A stretch of DNA of 64,000 bases from an uncultured Spirochaetaceae bacterium. Its GTDB lineage: Bacteria > Spirochaetota > Spirochaetia > SZUA-6 > DRHE01. Of this stretch, positions 17,979 through 25,567 are shown piece by piece (positions within the stretch are counted from its first letter, which is position 1; each line of letters opens with the position of its first letter). Where the stretch lies: contig CAZPQC010000002.1 in assembly GCA_964588525.1 (NCBI GenBank), positions 9,721 to 73,720 on the forward strand, in the 5' to 3' direction. The notes beneath the pieces were generated by a model, which was given only the letters and a program-made list of their open reading frames with translations, made no database searches and was not told where the DNA came from. The translations under genes were made by a program, and so were the position numbers.

Positions 17979-18170
17979 ATGATCGGAACAACGGAGATCG
18001 TCATCATCGTCGGTGTGGTCCTGGTTCTTTTCGGCGCCACGGCGATTCCCAAATTCGCCCGCTCACTGGGCAGGGCGAAGAAAGAGTTCGAGCAGGGAAT
18101 CAAAGAGGGACAGGTCGACGAGGAAGACAAGAAGAAAAGAGAACCGGCGGATAAGAAAGAGGAAAGCTAG
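17979..18170 (+). CDS. tatA: Twin-arginine translocase subunit TatA/E
   Basis: The MIGTTEIVIIVGVVLVLFGATAIPKFARSLG segment is present, with a GAGAGAGG SD upstream. Confidence 0.85.
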   Translation: MIGTTEIVIIVGVVLVLFGATAIPKFARSLGRAKKEFEQGIKEGQVDEEDKKKREPADKKEES

Positions 18171-18258
18171 ATCCTGAGGGCGTTCATGCCCTCCATACCA
18201 CCGGAGCGCGTGGGTGCCCTACCGTATGCATAGGTTTTTGGTTTCAAGGCCACCTTGA

Positions 18259-18493
18259 TCATCCCGGTGAGTGACTGCCGGGGCTGTCTGCAAACGCGGT
18301 CAAAGATATTTCTATATGGGCAGTGCAAAGACGTGCTTCCGGAAATATCATCCGGTTCGATAATAGGTAATCGGCGTTGAAGAGCCGGTAGAACCACACC
18401 GTATCGGGAGCTTCGGTGGCTGCGCCGGCGGAAACACATCCGGACAAAGTGATCAACAAACAGATGGCAAGGGGAAGAGTTGGTCTTGATCAT
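18259..18493 (-). pseudogene. Possible small lipoprotein gene disrupted by a 1-nt frameshift in a homopolymer
   Basis: The ATG at 18493 encodes MIKTNSS. After a C4 run (plus-strand G4 at 18471-18474) the adjacent frame reads LAICLLITLSGC (a lipobox) and stays open to 18259. Confidence 0.3.
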
Positions 18494-18520
18494 TTTTGAA
18501 TCAAAGGCTGGGAAGCTATA

Positions 18521-18718
18521 GTGGGAAAGGGGGAAATTTCGCCCTGTAAATGGTACTACTGTTGTCCAATAAAAAAATTTACCGAGCAAGGTAAATTGGA
18601 GAGATACTGGATAGAAAACTACTGCTTGGTCAGCAACAAGAATTGTATTCGTTATCAAATGGAGGAAAAAGGCGAATATCATCCGGACAATATGTTACCA
18701 AACGGTGAGCTCTGTTGA
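18521..18718 (+). CDS. Small cysteine-rich protein (CKWYYCCPIKKF...YHPDNMLPNG)
   Basis: 65 aa with 7 Cys. It resembles a small conserved family I recall from anaerobes (CP.K.F...C.RY..EE.G..HPDNMLP.G). It lies in a patch that looks low in GC. Confidence 0.55.
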   Translation: MGKGEISPCKWYYCCPIKKFTEQGKLERYWIENYCLVSNKNCIRYQMEEKGEYHPDNMLPNGELC

Positions 18719-18770
18719 TTAAAAGATGCCGCTGGAATACTGAAGAAATATCGGTGTTCAGGCCTGCCGG

Positions 18771-19184
18771 CTAGGCGTACTTCCGGTTGATCAGCCAGAG
18801 AGAGAGCAGCACGATCAGATCCGCGGCCAGCCTGTTGATCCAGACCACCAGATCCGGTTCGGCGAAGTTGCTGGCAAAGAAGCTCAAGATGATCTGGATG
18901 ATCCACAGGATGGAGATCACCAGCGTTGCCCCGTACAGCAACCGGCTCTGAACGGCGAAAAAAACCCCGGCAAAAACGATCACCCCGGCCACGATTTCGA
19001 CGATGGCCACGACCAGGTTCAGGGGATCGTAGGCCCGGCCGAATAGTTTGTTCATCCCCCGGCCCAATCGGGCTAGATCCGTGTCGTAGTGGATGACGGC
19101 GATCAGTCCCAGGGTGATGAGAAAAGCCGCCACTACGATCTGCAGGATCGTTACCAGGTCCATGGATGCTCTGCTTCTTGCCAT
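18771..19184 (-). CDS. Hypothetical integral membrane protein (4 predicted TM segments)
   Basis: 137 aa with hydrophobic segments. An AGGAGGA SD lies upstream of the ATG at 19184. Confidence 0.7.
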   Translation of the reverse strand: MARSRASMDLVTILQIVVAAFLITLGLIAVIHYDTDLARLGRGMNKLFGRAYDPLNLVVAIVEIVAGVIVFAGVFFAVQSRLLYGATLVISILWIIQIILSFFASNFAEPDLVVWINRLAADLIVLLSLWLINRKYA

Positions 19185-19285
19185 CGGTTGTTTCCTCCTG
19201 AGGGGTTTTGAAGATTTGGCACCGCGGTCTGCCGCCGTTTTCCACAGGGGTTGGACCCTGCACCGGACCGCAATGGCGGCGGACC

Positions 19286-20209
19286 CTATGCCCTTCCCAG
19301 CACCATGGCCAGCAGGGCCATGCGCAGGTACATCCCGTTGTGGGCCTGGCGGAAGTAGGCTGCGTTGGGTAGATCATCCACGTCGGTGGTGATCTCGTCA
19401 ACCCTGGGCAGGGGGTGCATGATCACGATGCCCTTCTTGCCCTTCTGAACCAGGTCCCGGTTCAGCACGTAGCTGCCCTTCAGGCGCTCGTATTCGGCCG
19501 GGTCGTCGAAACGCTCCCGCTGGATGCGGGTCATGTAGAGGATGTCCGACTGCAGGGCTTCCCTGATGTCCCCGGTTTCCTTGACCGGGATCCCCATCTT
19601 CTTCACGTCCGCGGTGAGGTCACCCGGCATGGCCAGATCTTTCGGAGAGCAGTATATGTATGAAGGATTGAAGGGGGCCAGGGCGTAGGAAAGGGAGTGC
19701 ACGGTCCGGCCGTATTTGAGATCTCCGACCATGCCGACCGTGAGATTCTCCAGGGTGCCCTTCTCCTTCTGGATGGTGTACAGATCCAGCAGGGCCTGGG
19801 TGGGGTGCTGACCGGATCCATCGCCGCCGTTCAAGACCGGGATCTCCACTGCATCGGCTATGATCTTGGCCCCGCCGGTCTGGGGCTGGCGCACCACGAT
19901 GCAGTCCACGTACCCCTCTACAGTGCGGGCCATGTCGGCCAGGCTCTCTCCCTTGGCGGCGGAGGAACTCTTGGCGTCGGCCACGGTGATCGATCGTGCC
20001 CCCAAACGACGCACTGCGGTCTCGAAGGAGAGGCGGGTGCGGGTGGAGGGCTCCAGGAAAATCACCGCCACCACTTTGTCGGCGAGCAGGTCGGATACGT
20101 GCTCCTTCCGTACCAGCTGCTCCATCTTGGCGGTTACCTTCATGATCTCCAGGAGATCGCTCTTCGAAAGATCCTCGGTGCTGAGAATGTCGCGTCCTTC
20201 AAAGCTCAT
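19286..20209 (-). CDS. pyrB: Aspartate carbamoyltransferase catalytic subunit
   Basis: Motifs STRTR, HPTQ, GDLKYGRTVHS, TRIQRERF and HPLPR are present. The start overlaps the upstream 2Fe-2S subunit stop codon (ATGA). Confidence 0.9.
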   Translation of the reverse strand: MSFEGRDILSTEDLSKSDLLEIMKVTAKMEQLVRKEHVSDLLADKVVAVIFLEPSTRTRLSFETAVRRLGARSITVADAKSSSAAKGESLADMARTVEGYVDCIVVRQPQTGGAKIIADAVEIPVLNGGDGSGQHPTQALLDLYTIQKEKGTLENLTVGMVGDLKYGRTVHSLSYALAPFNPSYIYCSPKDLAMPGDLTADVKKMGIPVKETGDIREALQSDILYMTRIQRERFDDPAEYERLKGSYVLNRDLVQKGKKGIVIMHPLPRVDEITTDVDDLPNAAYFRQAHNGMYLRMALLAMVLGRA

Positions 20210-20694
20210 TTAGTTTTCCTTCCTTGATCCTTGATTGCCACACTAGCCGTTCTTATAGCACGAACGATGTTCGTGTAGCCAGTGCAGCGGCAGAGATTAC
20301 CGCGGATGGCCTGCTTGATTTCCTCATTGGTGGGATCGGGTTTGACGTCCAGCAGGGCCTTGGCGCTCAGTATCATGCCGGGGGTGCAGTAGCCGCATTG
20401 CACGGCCCCCTCGTCGATGAAGGCCTGCTGCAGGGGATCGAGGGATCCGTTTTTCTCGAGCCCTTCGATGGTCGTGATCCGCTTTCCGTCGGCCGTGAAG
20501 GCCAGGGTCTGGCAGGATAGAATCGCCCGTCCTTCGAGCAGAACCGTGCAGGCGCCGCACTCCCCGATGCCGCAGCCGTACTTGGTGCCCATCAACCCCA
20601 ATCGATCCCGCAGCACGTTGAGCAGGATCTCGTTGGGCTTCACCTCCAGGGGGTAGTCCTTGCCGTTCACCTTGAGCGTAATCGCGATCTTCAT
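20206..20694 (-). CDS. (2Fe-2S)-binding small subunit of an XDH/CODH-family molybdoenzyme
   Basis: Motifs CGIGECGACTV, QCGYCTPG and CRCTGY are present. The ATG at 20694 overlaps the FAD-subunit stop codon. Confidence 0.9.
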   Translation of the reverse strand: MKIAITLKVNGKDYPLEVKPNEILLNVLRDRLGLMGTKYGCGIGECGACTVLLEGRAILSCQTLAFTADGKRITTIEGLEKNGSLDPLQQAFIDEGAVQCGYCTPGMILSAKALLDVKPDPTNEEIKQAIRGNLCRCTGYTNIVRAIRTASVAIKDQGRKTK

Positions 20695-21587
20695 TTTTTG
20701 CCTCTCGATCTTTTCCATGCTTCCTGCAGTGCTTCCCGAACAAGCAGGGAGGCAATCTGTCTGCGGTATGCGGCGGTCGAGCGGACATCGTCGATCGGCG
20801 CGATATCCTCGGCCACCAGCTCGGAGGCCTGGCGAAGCAGCCGTTCACTGCACTTCTGACCCTCCAGAGCGCTCTCGATGGTCGGCGCCCTGACCGGGGT
20901 CGGGGCCACTGAGCCCAGGGCGATCCGGGCCAGCCGGATACGATCGCCCTCCCGCTCGATGTAGGCGGCACAGTTGATCTTGGCGATGTCCAGGCTGACC
21001 CTGGCCAATCTGCGAAAAGCAGCCCCCGAGTGTTCCGGGGGCAGGGGCAGGGTCATGCTCGCCACCATCTGTCCCTGTTTCAGCACGGTTTTTTTGGGGC
21101 CGCTGAAAAAACCGCCCAGAGGCAACCGATTGCGCTGCGCGGGCGAGGCGTCGTTGGCCCCGCAGATCTCCACTTCCGCGTCCAGGACGAGCAGAATCGG
21201 CGGGGTATCGGCTCCCGGCGAGGCGTTGCAGATGTTTCCCGCCAGGGTGGCCATATTCCGGATTTGGGTTCCCCCGATCACATCGATCGCCTCGCAGAGG
21301 GCGGGAAATCGGGAGACAACCTGGCGGTGGTGTTCGATATCGCCCAGGCGCGCTCCCGCCCCGATGGAGAGGGAGTTGCCCTGGACCGTAACATAATCCA
21401 AATCGGCAATTCCCAGGATGTACACCAAACGGCGGGGTTCCACCGCGTTGGTCTTGATGTTGTTGATCAGATCCGTGCCCCCGGCCAGGACCTGGGCTCC
21501 CTCTTCGTTTAGGGCCTCCAGGGCCTCATCGAGGCTGCGGGGAGTGCTGCATTCGAAATCCAAACTGATGACTCGGGTACTCGACAT
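20691..21587 (-). CDS. FAD-binding medium subunit of an XDH/CODH-family molybdoenzyme
   Basis: It contains LAGGTDLINNIK and NMATLAGNICNASPGADT, with a CO-dehydrogenase flavoprotein-like C-terminal region. Confidence 0.9.
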   Translation of the reverse strand: MSSTRVISLDFECSTPRSLDEALEALNEEGAQVLAGGTDLINNIKTNAVEPRRLVYILGIADLDYVTVQGNSLSIGAGARLGDIEHHRQVVSRFPALCEAIDVIGGTQIRNMATLAGNICNASPGADTPPILLVLDAEVEICGANDASPAQRNRLPLGGFFSGPKKTVLKQGQMVASMTLPLPPEHSGAAFRRLARVSLDIAKINCAAYIEREGDRIRLARIALGSVAPTPVRAPTIESALEGQKCSERLLRQASELVAEDIAPIDDVRSTAAYRRQIASLLVREALQEAWKRSRGKK

Positions 21588-21599
21588 TTTACTTCTCCC

Positions 21600-24017
21600 T
21601 TATCCCCGCTGCGTCACAGCCGGCCGAGGTTCTTCGCCCGATTCGGCGCTACCCGGTTCGCTTTGAGAGCTCTCCCCCTGCCGCCCGCCGAGAGCCCGGA
21701 GGATATCTTCAGGGGTAATCGGCAGCTTGGTGAACCAGATGCCCGTAGCGTTGTGTATGGCCGCGGCCACGGCTGCCGGAACGGGATTCAGAGCCGCCTC
21801 CCCGATGCCCTTGGCTCCCATCGGGCCGGTGGGCTCGTAGGTATGGGCGAAGAATATTTCGAAGGCTTCGGGATCGGGAAGATCCACGGCTCCGAGCATC
21901 TTGTAGTCGGTCAGCAGTCCCCGGTTGGTCAGCAGCCCCGTTTTCGGATCGTAGTCGGTATCCTCCAAAAGAGCCATGCCGGCCCCCCGATAGAATCCGC
22001 CCTGAAGCTGGCCTTTGGCCAGGGCCGGATTGATCACGGTTCCGGCATCGCTTCCGGCAACCACCCGCAGGATCCGCACCATGCCGGTGTCCATGTTCAC
22101 CTCCACCTCGACGAAGAATGTCGTGTAGGCGGGGGGGCAGTTGACCTTACGCACGCTCCGCGCCGAGATGGCCGTGCCCCAGTCATTGTTCATGGCCGTT
22201 TCGGCCACCTCGCGGATGGTGATGTTCTTCTCCGGCATTCCCTCAACGTATATGAGCCCCTCGTTTTTTGTTTCGTCGAGACGGGTTTTCAGGGAGTCCA
22301 CCGGTGCGTTGAGGATCCGGGAGGCGTACTCCAGGAGTATTCGTTTCGTATCCCGGGCTACATCCAGCACGGCCCCGGCACCGCAGTACACGCCCCGCGT
22401 CGCGTGGGTACAGACGTCGTAGCCGGTAGAACGGGTATCCGCCGGGGAGATGCCCACCTTGTCGAAGGGTACGCCGAACTCCTCGGCGACCAGCTTGGCC
22501 GCCGCGTCCAGGGTTCCGCCGCCGTGATCCATCAGGGCGGTAAGCACGTCGATGGAGCCGTCCTCGTTCACCTTGACCTGAACCGTGGTGAAGTCCTTTA
22601 CCTCCCCGGGTACCGGGGCTCCCGTACCGGAGGTGTGGAACCCCCGGGCCATTCCGATGCCCCGCCGCAGGCGTCCTTCCCTCATCGCGGGATCGAGGCG
22701 GTGATCCCAGCCGATCTTCTCCGCCCCGGTGTACAAAAGCTCTCTCACGCCGTCGGAGTGGATCAGGGATCGGACCGTTGGCCCCTGGCCCCAGAAGATC
22801 TCCCCCAGGCCTACGTAGTTCTTTAGACGCAGCTCGATCGGGTCCAGATCGAGCCGCTCCGCCAGCATGCTCATGGTGGTCTCCACGCCGAAGGTCACCT
22901 GGGGCGCTCCGTAGCCCTGCATGGCGCAGGTCGGAGCCTTGTTGGTGTACACCGCCACCCCCTGGTAGCGCAGGTTTGGGAGGCGATACAGGGAGTGCCA
23001 CCAGCCGGCCAGCACGCCCAGGAAGGCCAATGCCTGGACATGGTGGCTGCCGATATCCACCCAGGCCTTCATCTCTCCGGCGGTGAGAGTGCCGTCCTTC
23101 TTGGCCCCGATCTTGAGGGTGTAGCGGGTCGGGTAGCGGCAGTGGTCGTACAGATCCTCCTCCCGGCTCTGCAGGATCTTGACCGGTTTTCCCGCCTTCA
23201 GGGCTAGAGCTACTGTGATGAGGATAACCGGATTGGTATGGATACCGCTGCCGAAGTGCCCGCCTCCGGTAAGGCGGATCACATTGACTTTGTTCAGGGA
23301 AATATCGAACAACTTTCCGAGGAGGATACGGGTATTGTGCAGGGCCTGGGTGGAGGGCCAGACCGTGATACCGCCGTCGGGTTCGGGACGGCAGGTGCAG
23401 CCGCGGGGTTCCATCTGGCAGTGGTAGACCCGAGGGGTGATGAACTCGTTCTCCACGATCACATCCGCCTCGGCGAAACCTTTTTCCACATCCCCCTCGG
23501 TCACCTCCCGGGTGCAGGCGATGTTGTTCTGGATCGTGATCTCCCTGTCCTGGAGGTAGACCTTGTCGTGGATCAGGTTGTCCTCCGCGGCCATTGCCTG
23601 TTCTATGCCGAAGTAGGCGGGCAGAATCTCCCACTGTACCCGGACCGCTTCGGCGGCTTTCTCGGCCAGCTCCTCGGTAACTGCTGCCACCGCGGCGAAG
23701 GGGTCGCCCACCTGGCGTACGTGATCGCTCAAGATCCGCCAGTCCTTGTAGGTCGACCGGGGCACCGAGACTTGGCGCACGTTGAACGGTTGCTTCGGGG
23801 TGTCATCGGGCCCCAGAACGGCGGCGCCCAACTTTTCGGCATCAGAGAAATCGATACTCTTGATGCGGGCGTGGGGATGGGGGCTTCTCAGGATCTTGCC
23901 GTACAGCATGCCCGGCAGCACCACGTCTGAAGGGTAGATCTCCCGGCCTGTGACCCGGGCGCGGCCCTCCTTGCGGGGAAAGTCCTTTCCCAGAAATCTG
24001 TATTTTTGATCACTCAT
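21600..24017 (-). CDS. Molybdopterin-binding large subunit of an XDH/aldehyde-oxidase-family enzyme
   Basis: About 805 aa from the ATG at 24017, with a GGAGGA SD upstream. The N-terminus (GKDFPRKEGRARVTG) is typical of the family. The longer ORF start at 24320 was rejected. Confidence 0.9.
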   Translation of the reverse strand: MSDQKYRFLGKDFPRKEGRARVTGREIYPSDVVLPGMLYGKILRSPHPHARIKSIDFSDAEKLGAAVLGPDDTPKQPFNVRQVSVPRSTYKDWRILSDHVRQVGDPFAAVAAVTEELAEKAAEAVRVQWEILPAYFGIEQAMAAEDNLIHDKVYLQDREITIQNNIACTREVTEGDVEKGFAEADVIVENEFITPRVYHCQMEPRGCTCRPEPDGGITVWPSTQALHNTRILLGKLFDISLNKVNVIRLTGGGHFGSGIHTNPVILITVALALKAGKPVKILQSREEDLYDHCRYPTRYTLKIGAKKDGTLTAGEMKAWVDIGSHHVQALAFLGVLAGWWHSLYRLPNLRYQGVAVYTNKAPTCAMQGYGAPQVTFGVETTMSMLAERLDLDPIELRLKNYVGLGEIFWGQGPTVRSLIHSDGVRELLYTGAEKIGWDHRLDPAMREGRLRRGIGMARGFHTSGTGAPVPGEVKDFTTVQVKVNEDGSIDVLTALMDHGGGTLDAAAKLVAEEFGVPFDKVGISPADTRSTGYDVCTHATRGVYCGAGAVLDVARDTKRILLEYASRILNAPVDSLKTRLDETKNEGLIYVEGMPEKNITIREVAETAMNNDWGTAISARSVRKVNCPPAYTTFFVEVEVNMDTGMVRILRVVAGSDAGTVINPALAKGQLQGGFYRGAGMALLEDTDYDPKTGLLTNRGLLTDYKMLGAVDLPDPEAFEIFFAHTYEPTGPMGAKGIGEAALNPVPAAVAAAIHNATGIWFTKLPITPEDILRALGGRQGESSQSEPGSAESGEEPRPAVTQRG

Positions 24018-24127
24018 GGGTGTGGATCCTCCAGGGGATGGGTTACGCCTTTCATTCTGCCCGGGGAAGACGAAGCTGTCAATATCATAATCAAGAATCA
24101 AATTCCATATAATGAGAACATCATGTT

Positions 24128-24156
24128 TGACATAAACTCCGCGGAACGGTAGTATG
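24128..24156 (+). promoter_or_regulatory. Sigma70-type promoter in the AT-rich divergent region between the two XDH-family operons
   Basis: TTGACA (24128-24133), a 17-nt spacer, then TAGTAT (24151-24156). It lies upstream of an AGGAGGA SD and the GTG at 24220. Confidence 0.45.
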
Positions 24157-24219
24157 AAACACTTTTCAGGTTCAAACACCACAGCTAGATTACGAAGAAT
24201 ATTTGTCAGGAGGACAGAC

Positions 24220-25077
24220 GTGGGTAAGTTTACCTTTTTCCGACCCACCGCGTTGGCGGAGCTTCTCGACTTCAAAGCCAGAGAGGGCGGCAAGGCGAGG
24301 ATTCTGGATGGAGGGTCCAATGTCCTGGTCTACATCAACGAAGGATCGATTGCCGGGGGGGCCCTGGTGGATGTGAAATCTCTGGAGGCGATCAAGGGGA
24401 TCGAGATCCGGGATGGACTGCTGGAGATCGGAGCCGGGGAGCTGATCGCCGATATCATGAACTCAGACCTGATCAGGAAGAAGATGCCCTTCCTGCGGGA
24501 GGTCCTGCAGAAGTTCGCCAATCCCCTGGTGCGAAACATGGCCACCCTGGCCGGGAATATCGCCGATTCCTCCCCCATCGGCGACACGATTCCACCGCTG
24601 CTGGTTCTGGAGGCTGAAGTGGTCGCAGCCAGCGCCAGGGAACAGCGGGTGATCCCCCTGGAGGAGTTTTTCACCGCTCCGGGGAAAAACGTGCTCAAAG
24701 ACGATGAAGTCATTCTCAAGGTGCGCTTCCCCCTTCCGGAGAAGGGCAGGGGCGGGCACATCAAGCTGGGACTGCGGCGGGGCACCTCCTGCTCAGTGGC
24801 CTCGGTAGCCGTCTGGTTGGTGGCGGACAAGAACAAAGTCCGGGATATCCGCATCGCTCTGGGCGGTGTTGCTCCCACCCCCATTCGAGCCCGCAAGACT
24901 GAAAGCCCCTTCAAGGGACAGAGCCTGGATTGGGACAAGATAACGGAGCTTTCCGAGACCGTGATGGAGGAGGTGCGTCCGATCACCGACGTTCGGGGCA
25001 GCGCCGAATATCGGAAGCAGGTCTCTGCCGGCCTGTTGGCCAAGGCGGTTCGCCAGGCCCTGGGAATGGAGGAGTGA
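24220..25077 (+). CDS. FAD-binding medium subunit of a second XDH-family enzyme
   Basis: I chose the GTG at 24220 because an AGGAGGA SD lies upstream. The NMATLAGNIADSSPIGDT motif is present. Confidence 0.85.
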   Translation: MGKFTFFRPTALAELLDFKAREGGKARILDGGSNVLVYINEGSIAGGALVDVKSLEAIKGIEIRDGLLEIGAGELIADIMNSDLIRKKMPFLREVLQKFANPLVRNMATLAGNIADSSPIGDTIPPLLVLEAEVVAASAREQRVIPLEEFFTAPGKNVLKDDEVILKVRFPLPEKGRGGHIKLGLRRGTSCSVASVAVWLVADKNKVRDIRIALGGVAPTPIRARKTESPFKGQSLDWDKITELSETVMEEVRPITDVRGSAEYRKQVSAGLLAKAVRQALGMEE

Positions 25078-25078
25078 G

Positions 25079-25567
25079 ATGAGCGAGCGCAACGACAACG
25101 GGTTGTACGATATCTGCATTACGGTCAACGACCGGGAGATCCGCGGTAAGATCAAGGCGGAAACCTCCCTGCTCGATTTTTTACGGGAGAACAACTTCAC
25201 CGAGGTCAAGCGAGGATGCGACAAGGGCGACTGCGGAGCCTGTACCGTGATCAAGGACGGCCGGGCCATCCTCTCCTGCATCACCCTGGCCCTTCAAGCC
25301 GACGGCAGCAGGGTCTATACGGTGAAATCCCTGGGCAGCTGGGACAAGATGCACCCCCTGCAGCAGGCCTTCGTGGACTACGAGGCGCTGCAGTGCGGCT
25401 TCTGTACCCCGGGCATGCTGATGAGCGCCAAGGCGCTCCTGGATTCGAACCCCAAGCCCACCCGTGAGGAGATCAGGGAGGCCATCTCGGGGAATCTCTG
25501 CCGCTGCACGGGTTATCAGAAGATCGTGGACGCCATAGAGGCGGTTGCCAAAGGAGAGTACCGATGA
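25079..25567 (+). CDS. (2Fe-2S)-binding small subunit of the second XDH-family enzyme
   Basis: Motifs CDKGDCGACTV, QCGFCTPG and CRCTGY are present. Confidence 0.9.
   Translation: MSERNDNGLYDICITVNDREIRGKIKAETSLLDFLRENNFTEVKRGCDKGDCGACTVIKDGRAILSCITLALQADGSRVYTVKSLGSWDKMHPLQQAFVDYEALQCGFCTPGMLMSAKALLDSNPKPTREEIREAISGNLCRCTGYQKIVDAIEAVAKGEYR

Noticed and set aside
18167-18682. The 171-aa minus-strand ORF spanning the low-GC patch.
   Set aside because: It has no motifs or SD, and it overlaps the better-supported Cys-rich ORF and the lipobox-containing frame. It is likely spurious.
19286-20209. Reading the carbamoyltransferase as an oxamate/YgeW-type or ornithine carbamoyltransferase.
   Set aside because: Aspartate-specific motifs (GRTVHS, TRIQRERF) and overall ATCase length and layout are present, so I call it pyrB. 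The unusual point is its context, not its family.
24018-24320. N-terminal extensions of the track ORFs. Examples: the 21600..24320 start at 24320, 49575..51530, 34680..35927, 7651..8328, 44017..44916, 55750..57174 and 24154 for the FAD subunit.
   Set aside because: In each case an internal start codon with a good SD coincides with the conserved family N-terminus. The extensions run through AT-rich promoter regions or neighbouring genes.
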